DNA of 64,000 nucleotides from assembly GCF_964188315.1 (NCBI RefSeq), contig NC_135666.1, forward strand, positions 22,940,001-23,004,000, in the 5' to 3' direction. This document shows positions 50,660-63,747 of the stretch, piece after piece. How positions within the stretch are numbered: position 1 is the first letter of the stretch; every line of letters begins with the position of its first letter. The notes under the pieces were generated by a model. That model was not told where the DNA came from and made no database searches. It saw nothing but the letters and a program-made list of their open reading frames with translations. The DNA comes from Podarcis muralis (lineage: Eukaryota). A program made the position numbers and the translations under genes.

Positions 50660-52343
50660 CTAGGGAGTGGCACAGAGGATGCACAATTTATTTCCTCTTT
50701 TTAAAAAGACTGTCTATATAAAGATACGAGCAGCACTTTCTGGTAGTAGGGAGGAGGGCATCTACTATTACTCACTGTAATGAAGTGAGGAATGATTGCT
50801 AAGGCCCACTTCACATCTTGTAGGCGGCTGCTAACATTTTGCATACACATGAAGGGGCGGCTGCTAACATTTGGACTTCGTAGGATTACAGTTTTTAACA
50901 TTGCTGTTTTCATCACAATAAGACTTGTTCAGCACTTATATAAGAAAGTGTGGCATTGCACATGTGGAGTGCTCCTATTCAGAATTTCAGCCAGGCCCTC
51001 TTCCAGGATATGCCATTCCAAATCCCCTCCCCTTGTTTTCCACTTTCTGCCCAACCCATGAGGCTGTTTGGAGTTTTCCCCCACCCAGAACTTTTTCTTA
51101 ACTTTCTTTTTATCTCTCTAATCTATGGGGTACCATAAGGCTACCAATACATCCTTCTTATGTGCAGACAGTGCTGTCACTTGTAGATTGCATATACACA
51201 CAGTCCCCACTTATGGAAATCATTCATTAGGCAAGTGTTCACATAACGAGTCCATGATTTCCATTATTTCCTATGGAAATATTTCTAATTTGGTATTTGT
51301 CCAATCCCTTCCCCCACCCCAAGTATACTAACTAATCACAAAGCATCTGACCTGGGGTTTATACACAGTGTTAGATCAGAGCCAGGAGCTAGGAATGACA
51401 AACAGAAAACTGTTCTCCTAGTGGGCAACACTGTAAGTCACCCTTAGACACAACTGCTATGACTTTATAATCTGTCAATGAGATCCATTTCCTTAAAACA
51501 ATACATTCTTTTTTAAAATTAAAAAACCCTATAAAACTGAAGCAAGCAATCTGCCCATCCTGAGACATTGCAAGAGATTTAATTACTATGCACACAAGCA
51601 TGTGTATGAACGAATTACTGAAAAATTATAAAGCCAACCAAATCTATAGAGCTATATCTAGGTTTATCTACTTACTGGAGTGCATAGAAAGTGTACCTGG
51701 CAATTGAAAGCAATGCTATTCAACCACCCTTATGAGTTTGAATAGTTAGTCCCAGGTGAACACTGTGGATTATATGTTAATTCAATCAGCTGTTTTAAAT
51801 AATCCTGGACCACATTTCTTCAAAAACCCAGTTTAGTTACAGAAGAATTCTTTTTCAAGGCAGAGAAGATTCTTAGAAGTAGCTGTCATTATGCCTCAAT
51901 CCTGACTTGGATAGACTAGCCTCTTAGAGAACAGTTTCCCTGAACTCATTCCATCCCTGGCTTGGCTGCCAAGACAACTGACAAGGATCCTAATTATTTT
52001 CAATTGCATTAAGTCTTAGTCACGCAACCGTCCACTAGTATCATGAGCCAATGCCCACATCTCATTCTAAATAGCTTGCTGAACTGGATGATGGCTTTCA
52101 TCCACTGTCAGTCTTCTGCAAGAAGCTAAAGAGCTTTCCATTCCATTATCAGCATCCAGAGTATCTACCTCTTCTCATCTCCACCAACCTTTACATTCAT
52201 GTCAGGTGAGCAGAAACTGGTAAACTTCAAAAAATAATTATTATTGGTTTAAAAACCTGAAGCCACCACTCAGCCATCAGGAAAAGCACAAGTCAACAAG
52301 CCAACTCTACTGAATTCTATAAGATAACCTTCAGTTGACTATA

Positions 52344-52500
52344 TGCTATCTTCTTCTTTGGCGACCACTCATAGCCAAGTGAGATTGTCTTCCATGAACA
52401 CAGTCTTAACAATTGAGTCTGTAAGTGACAGAGGAGGCCAATTCTGGATCCACACATTCTTCCACAGTAGGGACACAGGTTTCCGGGTGGGAGTTGACAT
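52344..52500 (-). mobile_element. RTE-clade LINE 3' end (non-Bov-B), with zinc-finger remnant
   Basis: Minus translation QLPPGNLCPYCGRMCGSRIGLLCHLQTQ is a decayed C2H2-like RTE C-terminal motif; (GAA)n tail. Confidence 0.75.
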
Positions 52501-52611
52501 CCTTCACTTGGTAAGACAGGGTAACAAGTAAATTCAATCTAGCAAAAGAAACTTTCTGCAACAGTCGTACAGCCAACTATCTATGTGCACCCATGTGGTG
52601 AGAAGTTGGCA

Positions 52612-52929
52612 CATGGTTAAACTATGGAACTTGTTCCCATAGAAGGCGGTGATGGCCAGCAAATTGGATGGCTTTAAAATAAAATTAGACAAATTCATGG
52701 AGGACAAGGCTATCAAGGGCTACTAGCCACAATGGCTATGTTCAACCTCCACTGCCAGAGGCGGTATGCCTCTGAATACCAGTTGCTGGGAACTGAAAGT
52801 GGGCAGAGTGCTGCTGTGCTCGTGTCCTGCTTGCAGGCATCCCACGGGCATCTGACTGGTCGCTGTGAGGACAGGATGCTGGACCAGACAAGCCGTTGAC
52901 CTGCTTCAGCAGGGCTCTTCTTATGTTCT
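52612..52929 (+). mobile_element. CR1 LINE 3' fragment
   Basis: VKLWNLFP*KAVMASKLDGFKIKLDKFMED (CR1 ORF2 C-terminus) followed by a 3'UTR ending cttcttatgttct. Confidence 0.88.
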
Positions 52930-53617
52930 CAAGTCCCTCAGACTGACCAAGTTGTATGATTTGCTAGCAACTTATAATAAAACACTAGGTTATTATTATT
53001 TTTAAGTGACATTGGAACCGAGGAAATAAGAATGGTTGTCCTTTTTTTTACATTTTTTACCATTTTATTTTAGAATAAAATAAACGAGCATTTATTTGAA
53101 ACCAAATCCCAGATTCAAATCCAAACTTCCACAGCCTACACCACCGCTGATTTCTGGATGCAGTTTTTTTTCTGACCGAGTGCCCCAGATTGTATGGATG
53201 AAGGGCATTTCCTTCTATTGATGCCAAAACTCAGTCTAAGTTAGCTTGTTGTGCAAGTGTTGGGTCTACCCTTTAGGACAAGGGAATGTTGTGACACATA
53301 GGAGCTGTCCACCTTTCACAAAGAGTAGAATATGAATGCAGGTGTTCAATTGAATCCATAATATTTATATCCAGTATTGGTTTTGCTCTTGCCCCATACT
53401 TCACACTAGGCCTAGGCATAAACTAGGCCTCACTTCTACATTGTAAGACCATACCAAATTTTAAAATTGCCCTTACTTGAAATAAGGAATGTACAAGTCA
53501 TCCACAATGCTGAAAAGAGCAAGTTGCATGCAGAGGGCCTCCGCTAACCTTAAAAGAGCCTAAAAGACAGACAGATGGGATACCTTAATTCCCTAACATT
53601 GGTTAAAGTCACAGAAT

Positions 53618-53980
53618 GGTGGTGCTGACCTTTCAAGCCCTAAACAGCCTTGGCCCAGTATACCTGAAGGAGCATCTCCACCCCCATCGTTCAGCCCAGA
53701 CACTGAGGTCCAGCTCCAAGGGCCTTCTGGCGGTATTTCACTGCGAGAAGTGAGGTTACAGGGAACCAGGAAGAGGGCCTTCTCAGTAGTGGTGCCCGCC
53801 CTGTGGAATGCCCTCCCATCAGATGTCAAAGAAATAAACAACTATCGGACTTTTAGAAGACATCTGAAGGCAGCCCTGTTTAGGGAAGCTTTTAATATTT
53901 GAAGAATTATTGTATTTTAATATTTTGCTGTAAGCCGCCCAGAGTGGCAAGGGAAACCTAGCCAGATGGACGGGGTATAA

Positions 53981-54026
<46 letters not shown>
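53618..54026 (+). mobile_element. L2-clade LINE 3' fragment with (AAT)n tail
   Basis: Same family as 7340-7968 in the opposite orientation: VLTFQALNSLGPVYLKEHL...RAFSVVVPALWNALPSDVKEINNYRTFRRHLKAALF. Confidence 0.92.
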
Positions 54027-54027
<1 letters not shown>

Positions 54028-54103
54028 ATAATAGAATTGTAGAGTTGGAAGGGATTCTGAGAGTCATATAGTCCAATCCCCTGCAATGCAGGAATCTCAA
54101 CTA
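54027..54103 (-). mobile_element. 3' tail fragment of the tRNA-Asn SINE or its CR1 partner
   Basis: Reverse complement gattcctgcattgcaggggattggactatatgactctcagaatcccttccaactctacaattctatt matches 10677-10749. Confidence 0.75.
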
Positions 54104-55294
54104 AAGCGCTTACGCTCTCACCACTGTGTATATGACTGTAGCCAGTCTTTGTTTTAAGTATGGGAGTGAAATACATGTTATGCTCTCTATAAGCATCTCC
54201 AATATAAAATATTATCCATTAGTCATGGAATTCAGGAACATCTAGATGACAGCTCTGAATGTTTGCAAGACTAATGAATGCTCATTCTTCCCTTTCCAAC
54301 CTATTTTAGTGGCAACAGACTCACTCAATACAGCGATGGCAGAATGGCTTCTCCTGCAGCCCACTGTAGTCACTGAAGTCTCCTAATTTACATCTATGAA
54401 AAGCATGGAGTGTGTCCCCAAAAGGGGTCAGTCTTTATTGGGAAAGTAAAGTAACATGGGCACCTAACCAGCAGAAACTGGAAAGAAACCAATGATTAAT
54501 TTTATGACTTTGAACAAGTTGAACAGACGACCTTCACTTACTATCATTGTGGACTGAATAGAAAACAGCAAAATGCATGCAAAGGGACATCATTTTCCCT
54601 TGTACCAGTCCCATCAGCAGCCTAATTCTTCCCAAAGCAGGAAACATTGTTAAGTGCAAATAGTGCCATACATTAACCTGTTGCTACGCAACACCAGAGC
54701 TTGTATATTTCTTATGGGGAGCTGGAGAAAATTGGACTCTTGATCCTGAGTGACTACTATTACCCCTTTATATCTCCACTGTATGATTTGAATTAAAACT
54801 TGCTGAAGAGAAGGAGAGGTTATAGGCTTATTGGCAGCCTGGTTTTAGAATCTGGGCACTGCTCCAATGTAATTCCTCCCTTTAATATTTAATTTGTTTC
54901 TGAACATGACCTGTCCTTTAATTTGAAGAGAAACCATCCAAATCTTTCACCAGCCTAAATAAGAATCATTTCACTCCAGAATTGCTCTCACAATATTAGC
55001 CATATCTTGCAGATAAATTACATTTTATGGTTATAGATGTTAGCATACACAACAGAGACGTGACAGAGAGAATTAGAATCAAGTGCAGAAGATGCGACGT
55101 CCAGAATAGGATAGAACATAACATCTCATTATAATGAAGAAAAATGCTCTTATTCTGCAAGGACAAGCAACAGCTTTTATAGTTGGAATTAGCAGATAAA
55201 GGCAAGGCAATATCTCAACAAACATCTGCACTCAACGTGTGGGGAAACCTTCCTCACCACTTTGCAGGATAATAGAACTCGTCAAGCTTTAAAG

Positions 55295-55512
55295 CAAGGG
55301 AAGGGGACCTTTTTAAGGCCAGGGGCCACATTCCCATCTGGACAACCTTCTGAGGGCCACAGGCCAGTCAGAGGCAAAAACCAGGCAAACACACTCAAAG
55401 ACGGTATGAGTGTGGGCAATGGTGGTGGGTGTAAACTGGACAGAACCCCAAGGGCTACATGGGCCATGGAGGTCCACATTTGGCCTCTGTGACTGAGGTT
55501 CCCCCACCGTGG
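55295..55512. mobile_element. Degenerate hAT-type non-autonomous element
   Basis: Imperfect termini caagggaaggggacct...aggttcccccaccgtg; flanks ctttaaag / ccttaaag. Confidence 0.5.
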
Positions 55513-55529
55513 CCTTAAAGTAAATATGT

Positions 55530-55890
55530 GATGGGGAGTTCATCCTGGAGTTTAGTTGGAATCTCCTTTCTTGTAACTTAAATCCATTGGTTTGGGTCTT
55601 ACCCACAAACAGGAGAAAACAAGCTTGCTCCATTTTCCACATGACAGCCCTTTAGATATTTGAAGAAGGCTATCATACATCTTCCCAGACTCCTCTTTTC
55701 CAGGCTAAACATACCCAAGCCCCTCAACCTTTCCTCATAAGGCTTGGTTTCCAGCCCCTGATCATCTTGGTCACCCTTCTCTGCACACGTTCCAGCTTGT
55801 CAATATCCCTTTTAAATTGTGGTGCCCAGAACTGGACACAGGACTCCAGGTGTGGTTTGACCAAGGCAGAATATAGCAGTACTGTTGCTT
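55530..55890 (-). mobile_element. CR1 LINE RT C-terminal fragment
   Basis: Minus translation [37 protein letters not shown]...[16 protein letters not shown], the CR1 ORF2 signature. Confidence 0.92.
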
Positions 55891-55904
55891 CTCTTCATAT
55901 ATCC

Positions 55905-56103
55905 CACCTTCTTCTCTGTGGAGCTGAAGGTAGTGTACATGGTTCTCTCCCTCGTTTAATCCTCACAGCAACCTTGTGAGGTAGGTTAGGCTTAGAGACA
56001 GTGACAGACCGCAGGTCACCCAGTGAGCTTCATGCAAGTAGCGATTTGAGCCCTGGTCTCCAAGGTCCTAGTCCAATACTTTAAGCAGTAGACCACACTG
56101 GCT
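55905..56103 (-). mobile_element. Older Squam3-like SINE
   Basis: Same family as 43555-43760; directly abuts the 5' break of the CR1 fragment. Confidence 0.78.
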
Positions 56104-58872
56104 GCAAGAAAAATAAGGCAGACCACACCCAGCAAGCAAGCATACAATCTTCAGATTTGCATGGCTAATCAACTTCAGCTTTCACTTTGCACCAGTTTTG
56201 GTCATTCCATTTGCAAAGGACAACTCCATGGACTAGCCTAGTACTGAGCCCAACTAAACTGGGATTGTTCTGGACAACAGCAAGTTAAACACATTCTACA
56301 AATGAATCTAGCAACTAGAAATCATGCCTAATGGTTCTGAAGTCAGACAAACATTCTCAAGTATTTCGTGAAGTCAAATTTTTGAACTAAGCGGTTCAGG
56401 GAGAGAGTTCACTGAAGAAATAAAGGTGATTTATTACCTTGATTCAATGTCCTTTTAAAATATTAACCTATGTATTTATTTTTAATGTAACAGAATGCTG
56501 AAAAGGAAAAAACTTGATTTTGGCGCTGCTTTCATTACCTTGCAATAAACACAGACCTCCCAAATAGGGCATAGTCCAGCAAGCACTTCATAAAAAGGTG
56601 ATGTACATTTCTAATATTGTTTAGACTAATTGCACTGAATCTGGACTCTTTCAAGGGCAGCAATAAATATCCTTCTATATGCTTTTTAAAAACATTTCTA
56701 CTTACTTGCAGTCTATTAACTGAGGGATCTTGATAGTTCAGCAGCCCCTGACTTAGCTGTAATTTCAGTCCCTGACTTAGCTATGTAGTTTACTCCATGC
56801 CTTATTTATTACTGGTCTATAGCTTGCTTTGTTTACATGCCTCACATTAATTTTATTTTCTGCGCTGCAGATTTTGCTGTCTGCTTATATATTAATTTTT
56901 GTTACCATCCACTTTTATACTGTGCTATATAGGTATGGGGTGTAAAGAATAGTTTACAAATAATGAAGTTTTTTAAATGAAACAGGAGTCCAGTTCAGGG
57001 AAGAAGTTGTCTTTTCATATTGAAACAAGAGCATAGGAATGGACTACCTTGGTTTTCTGTATCAGCCCCTAAACAGTCATTGCCTCCAACAATGTAGTTT
57101 GGTATCAAGAGCCTATTGATATGGAAGCAAAGAAGGATCATCCAAATAATTTCTACATTCTTGTGGGACTCCCTAATTATATGGGTGTGCAAAATAAAAT
57201 CTGCAACCACCAACCACCAACCTCGCAAAGATGTGCCGTATGTACAGAAGGGGGTGGAAACAGACTGACTTGCTCAAACCCTGAAGAGCTTACAGTAGCT
57301 GTTCTGGAAAATTGTGAGAATTTGGGTGGAGGTTTTTTTTTAAAAAAAAATCAATTAAAACTGCTTCAAGAAGAAGAAAAATGTTTTCCTTCTGCACTCT
57401 ACGAAACTAAACCACCACCCAGCTATATAGCAATAAAAGTATTCCAAACCTGAACCTTCTAGCAGAGCTAAGAATCCAGATGTTGGACATCCAGATGTTG
57501 CTGGTCTACAACACCCACATCCTTGACAACTGGCCATGCTGGCCAATTGGTATTTGAATCCAAGAACATCTGGAGGGCCAGTGATTCCCCACCCTGCTGT
57601 AGTGCTATATAGCACAGCACAGGCACGTCTCAAAGGGGGGGGGGTGAGAGAAAAGAGGGTCCTTCCCCAATACTACACCATCTTTTCCCAAAATGCTTGA
57701 ACATGGCTCTGGTTAGGATTCCTCCTTTTAACTGCAGCATAAGGTTTGAAGGAAGCAAAAGCTCACTAAATCAGTTTCATTGGACCATTTAGGCTTGTTC
57801 ACATGTTACCCTGAACCCATGTACAAGCTGTCTCTACCCATGTGCATGTGTCTGTGTGAAAGACTGTTCACTGGCTTTGAACATCTACTGGGTACCCAGA
57901 TGGTTTGCTCACTGAGCATTACATGTGAATAACTGTGCAAGTTTACAGCTTCACTATTTGTGTACACAGGCTGCACACTCATTGGATGTCATGTGTGAAC
58001 ACCTCTTTTGTTGATTCAATACTAAGAAGGAGTTGGGGTTTTTTTACATGTACCAAAAGGGTGGTATTAAATATTCTAAGAGCTTCCGAATCAATGAAAT
58101 TGTATTTCAAAGGCATATCAAGCAACTGCTTCCATGAAATTTAATACACCAGCACCGTATGCTACAATTTAATTTTCCTAGACTTCCTAGTTTTTATGTA
58201 TTTATTTTGTTTCCATCCAGCATCTCTCTCCAAAACTGTTTGTTTGTTTTTTATTTGGCGATGCTTTCATCATGGTACCAGGGAAGGCAAAATCCTGAGC
58301 AATACAAGAGATTGTCACTATAACTGTTAGGGATTAGGAAAATTAAATCTGACAGTCTCAAAACAGTTTTCTTTGTTTAATATCTTAGAACTTTGCTCCT
58401 ATGTCCAGGATGACAACTTGAGTTAGCACAGATGAAGGAAGAGGTCTCCTTCCCCCATCCCAAAATAGATTTATTTAAACTTCTTTAAACTGCCAGAGGC
58501 TGGGAATAGGAGGATAGAAAGTAATAAAGCAATCATTGACTGCCTCAAAGTGTCTAGAAGTTTGTTAGCTGATGGAGGACTGTTTGCCACAGAGTGACGG
58601 CCGCTAACTGATTGATGGAAAACTATAACCACAGGGAGAAATGGGCACCACCCAGGTATAAAAGAAGGTATTTTTTTTTCTCCTGTCCCTAAAAACAACA
58701 AGAAGGGGAGGGGAGGAATGAACCTTTCCATTTGGGCTGAAAGATAGCTTCTCAAATAACATATATCTCAATTTGGTACCTTTTTTATTCACAGATATAA
58801 TTTCTAACCTGCCTTTCATCAAGGAAATCCCAATGCAATCTACACATCTGGATTAAAAGAAACAAACAAATA

Positions 58873-59112
58873 CAATGGTACCTTGGTTCCCAAACAGCTT
58901 GGCTCCCAAACAAATTGGCTCCCAAACACCACAAACCCAGAAGTAAGTGTTCCGGTTTGCGAACATTTTTTGGAAGCTGAACGTCCGTTTTGGCTGTCGG
59001 CATTGTTTCCGGAGCCAATCAGCCAATCAGAAGCCACGCCTTGGTTTGCGAACGTTTTGGAAGTCGACTGGACTTCAAGAACGGATTGAGTTTGGGAACC
59101 AAGGTACCACTG
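58873..59112. mobile_element. Tc1/mariner MITE, family B
   Basis: CAATGGTACCTTGG...CCAAGGTACCACTG with TA on both sides. Confidence 0.88.
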
Positions 59113-60813
59113 TAAAAACATTAGTATATCAAGTGAAGAGGCAGAGCCCAGGTGCCAATAGGACATCAACACAGAATCGAGGAAACAGTCCCCAAAGCCT
59201 CCACAGCAGATGAACTGGGACTGCCACAAATAATCCCCCAGAATATGATACTTGGAACAAACAGGCTGAACTAAAAAACATGAACACCTCTCACAAGCTG
59301 TGGGGGAAGGAAGTGATCCTGTGAGCCAAGCATAACAAGGGGGGAATGGTACTGGACAGTGGAGCACAACAATGGAGCACAGATGGAAGACTTGATGAAG
59401 GCAACTGCAGCGACTAGCACAAACATAAGAACTGAGATGAAAGAGGAAACCTAGAAAGGAAGCAAACGATGCCAAGAATTTCCCCACTGATACCCATATA
59501 GGGCTACCCGGAATTTCACACAAAAGATAAGACAAATAAATGAAACAACATTTCTCCAGAATAATGTATATAGGCTCAGAGATTATTATAAACACATCCA
59601 ATCCAATCCATTCCAAGAGGGATGTGCAGAAACCAATTCCAAATTATTGGACTCACCACTTGGCTTATGAGGTACCAGGCTGATACTTTTATCAGACAGC
59701 ACTGCATCAAAGATTAAGGAACCAGAGATTTAACCTTCACTTTGAAAGATTATTGATGGAAATAATGTGGTATTCTCCAGATGTTTTGGACTATGACTTT
59801 TGTCAGCCCTAGCCACCATGGCCAGTATCTCACCCAACATTCATCAGCAATAGAATTTTTCTGGAACATTCTATATGGCTTGTTTGCGGACTCAACCAGC
59901 ATTGCTTGGGCAAGTTTCTGATCAAAGAAGAAGCAAGATGGAATACGGCAAGAATTTCACCCCTGTGTGCTGGAGCCTATTTAAGGAACATTTAGCCGCT
60001 GTTCTTCATTCACTATGAATTCTTTGAATACCCAAATGTCAATTTCAATGAAGTTACTGTTTCAATGAAATGGGGAGGTAGAGGGCAATGAGGAGGAAAC
60101 CCAAATAGCATAGTCTTCACATTGTTTTGATGGACTAGCTGTTTTCATTTCTCATTTTCTGAGGAAAACTGCACACAGATACACTCACTATTCAGCACTA
60201 TTCAGCACTATTTCTTAGATTTCCTCTTGTCACTGATTCTGTCTATAATGCTAAAACAGAATTAAGGGTTTATGTTTAGTATATGCACCCATACACTCCC
60301 CTCTCTTCTTCCAGCCTGGCAGCCAAGATGACTGGAATTGGCCACTTCCATTCTCAGCTATGTTTGAATTCGGAAGTAAGGCTGGTGTTAACCATAGTTT
60401 ATTTTAACAAGTCAACATTCTGGACTATGATTTGAAGTCAGCCTGTTTCAATAAACCACACTTTGTCAAGGTTCAGTAATATCAAGAAACCACGAATAGT
60501 GGGGGGGACGACACCCAAATGCTTTCAATCTTCTTAATGTGGCTGAGCCAGAAGAGGAGAAGGGGGCACACAAGCTTGATCTTTGTAGATGTAAAACTAA
60601 ACTATGGTTTACCATTATATAGTCTTTGCTGTCTGCCTAAAGTAGCCTAAGTAACAGCTCTTTTAATCTTGTAGAAAGATGCTTCAACTATCATTCAGTA
60701 ACCTAAATGAGTTGGTCAGTGCAGAGATGCATGACAGTATGGTTCCAAGAGCAAAACTTAGGCAGAAATGTCAAGAACACAGAATTGCTGAGACAAAAAA
60801 GCAAAATAGGTTG

Positions 60814-61262
60814 TGTCAGATGGCAGGGGTGGTTGCTTGCGAGCACCAGGCAGGACTCCGACCTGTCCTTTACAGGTTTTATTTGGGGCAAAAACTATTT
60901 ACAGTGCAGAACCCCAAAGTTCATGTCTGCCTCAATCGCTAGCAGAATCCAGGAGTGGCTTTTTCCAGTTTTGTCCCCAACATAAGAACTTCATCACCCC
61001 CAGCCTTTTTCTTCCTTCTTTGTGCTTTAACCCTCTGCGTGAGGTGGGCAACGGAAGAGGCGTGCTTCCCTCCTGACTGGCTTGACCAGGAGCGGTGCTG
61101 GGGCTCCCGGAAACATCCCTTGATCCCTTTCCCTCTTCCCCACTGGAGGTGTCACTTTCCCCACTGCAGGAAGAGGAACTGCTTCGCAAGACTTTCGGAG
61201 GATCCCTGTATCCCAACAGCCCCTCTACCTCCCTTCCCTGTTCCGATGGCAGTTCCCTGACA
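60814..61262 (-). mobile_element. Solo-LTR-like element (449 bp)
   Basis: Inverted termini TGTCAG...CTGACA; AATAAA on the minus strand at 60878-60883; flanks do not form a TSD. Confidence 0.7.
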
Positions 61263-61583
61263 TCCAGCATGATGCAAAACAAGAGATCCTGAAATTCCTT
61301 GAAAGTTACAAGAGCACTGTGGTGGTATATCATCACCACTCTCTTGTCTCTTGGAAGCAGTTAAAGAATAGAGGACAACACTTTTCCTCCTCGTTTGTCC
61401 ATTACTCTAGGGCCCATAATTATTTAGGCACAAGATACTGGATCCATTTATCTGGACATGTAGTTTGATGATGAACATTGCAGATGGCTGCAGGAGGGGG
61501 CTAAGTATGTGCACCCCACACACAGCACCATTCAGCCTGACCTGCAATCTTAAGATGGCAAAATGCAGCTCAGTATATGTCAT

Positions 61584-62017
61584 TTTCCCAGTAGTGATGT
61601 ATGGAAGTGAGAGCTGGACCATAAAGAAGGCTGATCGCCAAAGAATTGGTGCTTTTGAATTATGGTGTTGGAGGAGACTCTTGAGAGTCCCATGGACTGC
61701 AAGAAGATCAAACCTCTCCATTCTTAAGGAAATCGACCCTGAGTGCTCACTGGAAGGACAGATCATGAAGCTGAGGCTCCAGTACTTTGGCCACCTCATG
61801 AGAAGACTCCCTGGAAAAGACCCTGATGTTGGGAAAGATGGAGGGCACAAGGAGAAGGGGACGACAGAGGACGAGATGGTTGGACAGTGTTCTCGAAGCT
61901 ACCAGCATGAGTTTGACCAAACTGCGGGAGGCAGTGGAAGACAGGAGTGCCTGGCGTGCTCTGGTCCATGGGGTCACGAAGAGTCAGACACGACTAAACG
62001 ACTAAACAACAAACAAC
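61584..62017 (+). mobile_element. Bov-B LINE, 5'-truncated 3' fragment, frameshifted
   Basis: FPVVMYGSESWTIKKADRQRIGAFELWCWRRLLRVPWTARRSNLSILKEI; tail cgactaaacaacaaacaac; probable TSD atatgtcat / atatatcat. Confidence 0.95.
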
Positions 62018-62698
62018 ATATATCATGGCAAGCTTAAGTCTCTTCCTCGCTTTCCTTCAGATAAAGGATGTGCACGAAGACAGAATATTTCATTCTCCAG
62101 CAATCACGACAACTGGCTACTAGTTAGGAGCCAGTTCTAATTTGAATCTGTTACCAACCAAATATCTAAAAATTGCTCACTTCTTCTTCTCTTTGTTATA
62201 GAAACTGTCCACCTACACCTACATTTCATTTCCTGTTCTTTAGTAAATTACCAGATGATCCCAGAACAGCTAAAACACTCAGATTCCAGATCATGTGAAA
62301 CCTAAGTGATTAGGCTTTTCTTTCCTTGCATCTTGGGGAAGCTACTTTACACAAAGTCAGACCACTGGTTCATGTAGCTCAGGAAGAACTGGCAGTGGCC
62401 CTCTACGGTTTCAAAAAGTAGGGGTTTTTTCCAGCCTTACCTGGAGATGCCAGGGATTGAATTTAGGACCATCTGGATGCAAATTCTAAGTTCTACCAGT
62501 GAGCTGTGGAACTTCCCCCGGCTCAGAGGATGAGGGGCAGAAAGCTATGCAGGGGCAGGAGCAGGGGCAGAAGCACAGCCCTGCCAGCTCTCCAGTGCAT
62601 GAAGCCCATTCACATGGACAACACATGAAGGATTATTATTATATGCTGCCTTTTCCCCTAACAGGGACTCAAGGCACCTTACAGATAAAAGAACAGCT

Positions 62699-62956
62699 AA
62701 AGAAGAAGAAGAAGAAGAGTTTGGATTTGATATCCCGCCTTTCACTCCCCTTCAGGAGTCTCAAAGCGGCTAACAATCTCCTTTTCCCTTCCTCCCCCAC
62801 AACAAACACTCTGTGAGGTGAGTGGGGCTGAGAGACTTCAAAGAAGTGTGACTGGCCCAAGGTCACCCAGCAGCTGCATGTGGAGGAGCGGGGACGCGAA
62901 CCCGGTTCCCCAGATTACGAGACTACCGCTCTTAACCACTACACCACACTGGCTCT
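62699..62956 (-). mobile_element. Squam3-like SINE, full length with (TTC)n tail
   Basis: (GAA)n then gagtttggatttgatatcccgc...cttaaccactacaccacactggctct. Confidence 0.92.
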
Positions 62957-63747
62957 AAAAACAAAGGGGTGGAAACAAAGAATTAAAAAAATTAATATGG
63001 AAGGCACTTTAAATATATATAAAGATTTATTTAAAACATACAGATGTTTAGAATAAAAATACCGTACCTCGGCACCAGCTTTTTGTCAAAAGCTTTTGAG
63101 TCTCAAGTATATAACCAACATACATGTTTACTGGCAGTCTCAAGCAATTCTGAAAACATTATTATAGAGGACTTCCTCTTTGCAGAGTAATGTCAATTCG
63201 TTCTCAAAAATGCTTGCTCTTCTCATGTTTAACAATTCTAAAATTGAAGCAATACTTTCTACCAATTTACCAAAGACTGTTCAGACCAACAGGCCTGTAA
63301 TTTCCTGCATTGTTCCAATGTTTTTTTTTAGTTGGCATTACAGTGGTTACCTTCCAATTCTCTGGTATGAAGGGTTATTTTAGTCAGAAGCTTTAAAAAG
63401 TAAAATTCCCTTTTTCTTCTTAGTTTCTCAAAGGACTCCGTTTGAGACTCACTCTGACAGTGAAGAAAACATGTCACCGTATCCTTGGCCTGCACTGATC
63501 TTAAGCCAGGGAAGGCCTAGCTGCTCGCATCCCATCTAAGATATCAGTTTTGCATTGTCACAATTGACCAGACTGCACCTTTCTGAAGCTCAGTCTTTTC
63601 GGTACACATCTTGCGCTTCTGATTTAGCACTACATCACCAAACAGCAAGTATAAAAGCTGCAACACGGCATCAGCAGAGACCTTATAGTCCTGTCAAGAC
63701 TCCGACAAAATGATACCAATCCAACTGGAACTCCTACCTGCCTAAAG

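Noticed and set aside
56438-56497. Strong acceptor (ttttttccttttcAG) and donor (AAG|GTAATA) pair on the minus strand
   Set aside because: Stops in all three frames. It shows that convincing splice-site pairs arise by chance here, which lowers confidence in all exon candidates.
59115-59600. Possible R4/Rex6-like LINE remnant
   Set aside because: Only a vague YW..EHN.GA..EDL resemblance with multiple stops; not enough to call.
58840-59616. Longest ORF in the track (258 aa, minus strand)
   Set aside because: Its last ~90 codons run through a mariner MITE and the rest is the antisense of A/G-rich sequence, which is naturally poor in stop codons. The C/F/L-biased composition shows no recognisable domain.
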